From an uncultured Chitinophagales bacterium (GTDB lineage: Bacteria; Bacteroidota; Bacteroidia; Chitinophagales; JADIYW01), in NCBI GenBank assembly GCA_964472755.1, contig CAYYMF010000002.1, positions 2,927-66,926 of the forward strand: a stretch of 64,000 nt of DNA, read 5' to 3'. A model generated the notes under the pieces. That model ran no database searches. It was not told the origin of the DNA and worked only from the letters and a program-made list of their open reading frames with translations. Position numbers and translations under genes: made by a program. This document shows positions 62,509 to 64,000 of the stretch, one piece after another (the stretch's first letter is position 1; each line of letters opens with the position of its first letter).

Positions 62509-64000
62509 TTACTTCGGACTTAATGCTATAATTGCAAAATCGGCATCTTCTGTGCGACTTTCTAAATGTGTATTTTCTGATAATGAAACTTCATAACTTA
62601 TAGGAATTCTATAATAAACGATAGGCTTATTGACTAATTTATTATTCCACTCTATTTCCAAAATCCCACCGCTTATAAAAATATTATTTACCTCTACACC
62701 GCAGAAAAAATGACCTTTTGAACCTACCAAAGTAAATGGTGTAGCATTAATTCTGAACAAACATTTTGAGCTATGCTTAGGTATCGTTATACTCTTATTG
62801 CCTTTCAATGTATTTTGTGTAACATTATCAAAAAAACTACCATTTGGCAACTTATAAATCTTATCGTGATTGGAAGTATTGATTAATGCTAAATAATATT
62901 TATCGTCTATATTAAAATGAATTTGATAAAATTCTTTTTCTTGTTGCACCAATACACTTTCTTTCTCTACCAAAGGAAAAATTGACTTATATAAAAACAG
63001 TGTTTCTGTGTTGTATTTTGAAATATCATCAGAAGTAAAAAGCAAATCACCAAACAATAAATTGGCTAATAACAAGCTATATTGCTCTTGAAAACTTAAA
63101 TTATTTTTTTCTTTTCTCAACATAAAAACATCAGGATCATTGATAAAACCGAGCTTGTTTAAATGCCTTCTTGAAATTGTATTATGAATAGCACTATAAG
63201 TACTCAATCTCTCTCGAGCATTCAACATTTTCAATAACTTAAACTCCCACGACAAATGAATATCTGGTCCAATTCTACAAAAATCCGTTGTATCTTGAGC
63301 CGCAGACAATGGAACACCACATCCTAATATTTTTTTATCACCTACACATTCACGCAAAAAATTCATAACTAAATGCATGACTTCTCCTCTACTTTTTCCA
63401 TGTTGTGGAATACTTGCGGTTCCATACAGAAAATCCAATTTTACTAAGTCAAAATGCCATTCATTTAAAACAGTATCAAAAACTTTCCTCAAATAACTTC
63501 TCAACTCTTCATTAAAAAAATCCAAAGCATAAAACCAACCACTCCACATTGGATTATAACCAATCTTTACTAATTTTCCTGTTTTATCTTTTAAAATCCA
63601 ATCTTGTTTTTCTCTATAAATAAAGGAGTTTTTTTCGCATGCAAAAGGTGCTAACCACAATCCTGCAGTAATATTTTTAGATTTAATTTTATCCGAAATA
63701 AACTGCATACCATTTTTAAATTTTGGTTGTATATTCAACCAATCACCAACCGCTTTTTGCCAACCATCATCTATCTGAAAAATAGAAATTGGAATATTAT
63801 TCTGAGTGAAATTTTCTAGGTTATCTAAGATGATTTTCTCATCTATTTTTGTATAATAATTATACCAACTTGTCCAACCAATACTAGGCTGAACTTTCAG
63901 AGGTTTAAAAGATTTAATAAAGGCAAAATTCTGAAATGCAAAATCTTCTCTATCTTCAATATGCACAAAATGGAGCAGTTCAAACTTTTCATCTATTTGC
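62509..64000 (-). CDS. Alpha-galactosidase (GH36-like melibiase). The N-terminus lies beyond the window edge.
   Basis: It has GWTSWYNYY, FQIDDGWQ and the VKLDFLY catalytic-region motifs. The frame stays open upstream of the track's GTG start to position 64000, so the gene is 5'-truncated by the window. Confidence 0.75.
   Translation of the reverse strand, partial: QIDEKFELLHFVHIEDREDFAFQNFAFIKSFKPLKVQPSIGWTSWYNYYTKIDEKIILDNLENFTQNNIPISIFQIDDGWQKAVGDWLNIQPKFKNGMQFISDKIKSKNITAGLWLAPFACEKNSFIYREKQDWILKDKTGKLVKIGYNPMWSGWFYALDFFNEELRSYLRKVFDTVLNEWHFDLVKLDFLYGTASIPQHGKSRGEVMHLVMNFLRECVGDKKILGCGVPLSAAQDTTDFCRIGPDIHLSWEFKLLKMLNARERLSTYSAIHNTISRRHLNKLGFINDPDVFMLRKEKNNLSFQEQYSLLLANLLFGDLLFTSDDISKYNTETLFLYKSIFPLVEKESVLVQQEKEFYQIHFNIDDKYYLALINTSNHDKIYKLPNGSFFDNVTQNTLKGNKSITIPKHSSKCLFRINATPFTLVGSKGHFFCGVEVNNIFISGGILEIEWNNKLVNKPIVYYRIPISYEVSLSENTHLESRTEDADFAIIALSPK

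Overview
This is an AT-rich (about 30% GC by eye) chromosomal segment from a Bacteroidota bacterium, most likely of the Flavobacteriia type. The assignment rests on four observations: two proteins with type IX secretion (T9SS) C-terminal sorting domains (one type A, one type B), a TAnnTTTG -7 promoter box at the expected distance upstream of many genes, no Shine-Dalgarno sequences, and the overall gene content. I can support about 55 protein genes. Most are housekeeping: purL (partial), acnA, trpA, ribE, aroE, xerD, gcvP, rpsA, lysC, fbp, ferritin, queG, trpF, tdk, aroQ, rraA and waaA. There is also one tmRNA (ssrA) and a 7.4-kb minus-strand polysaccharide export and dTDP-sugar operon (nucleotide-sugar dehydrogenase, rfbB, wza-like, wzz-like, rfbC, cysQ). 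I found no transposase, phage gene, CRISPR array, tRNA, rRNA or recognisable defence, toxin or reverse-transcriptase gene, and I do not see an intact, clearly novel multi-gene system. The items most worth a second look are as follows. (1) A 2.9-kb islet at 40.08-42.95 kb holds a SET-domain gene, a membrane-anchored CARDB plus transglutaminase-like gene carrying about five inactivating lesions, and a translationally coupled partner gene with one in-frame TAA. (2) A cation/Ca2+ exchanger gene is split over three frames; together with item 1 that makes at least 8 lesions in 64 kb. (3) An 1167-aa predicted giant outer-membrane beta-barrel has no assigned function. (4) A bacterial protein combines a TMTC-like GT-C membrane domain with TPR repeats. 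(5) trpA and trpF sit apart from each other and from any other trp gene. CDS coordinates follow the supplied ORF track and include the stop codon. Where the track began an ORF at TTG or GTG and a nearby in-frame ATG looked better, I moved the start and said so in the evidence field. All functional calls come from motif recognition by eye; no database search was run.
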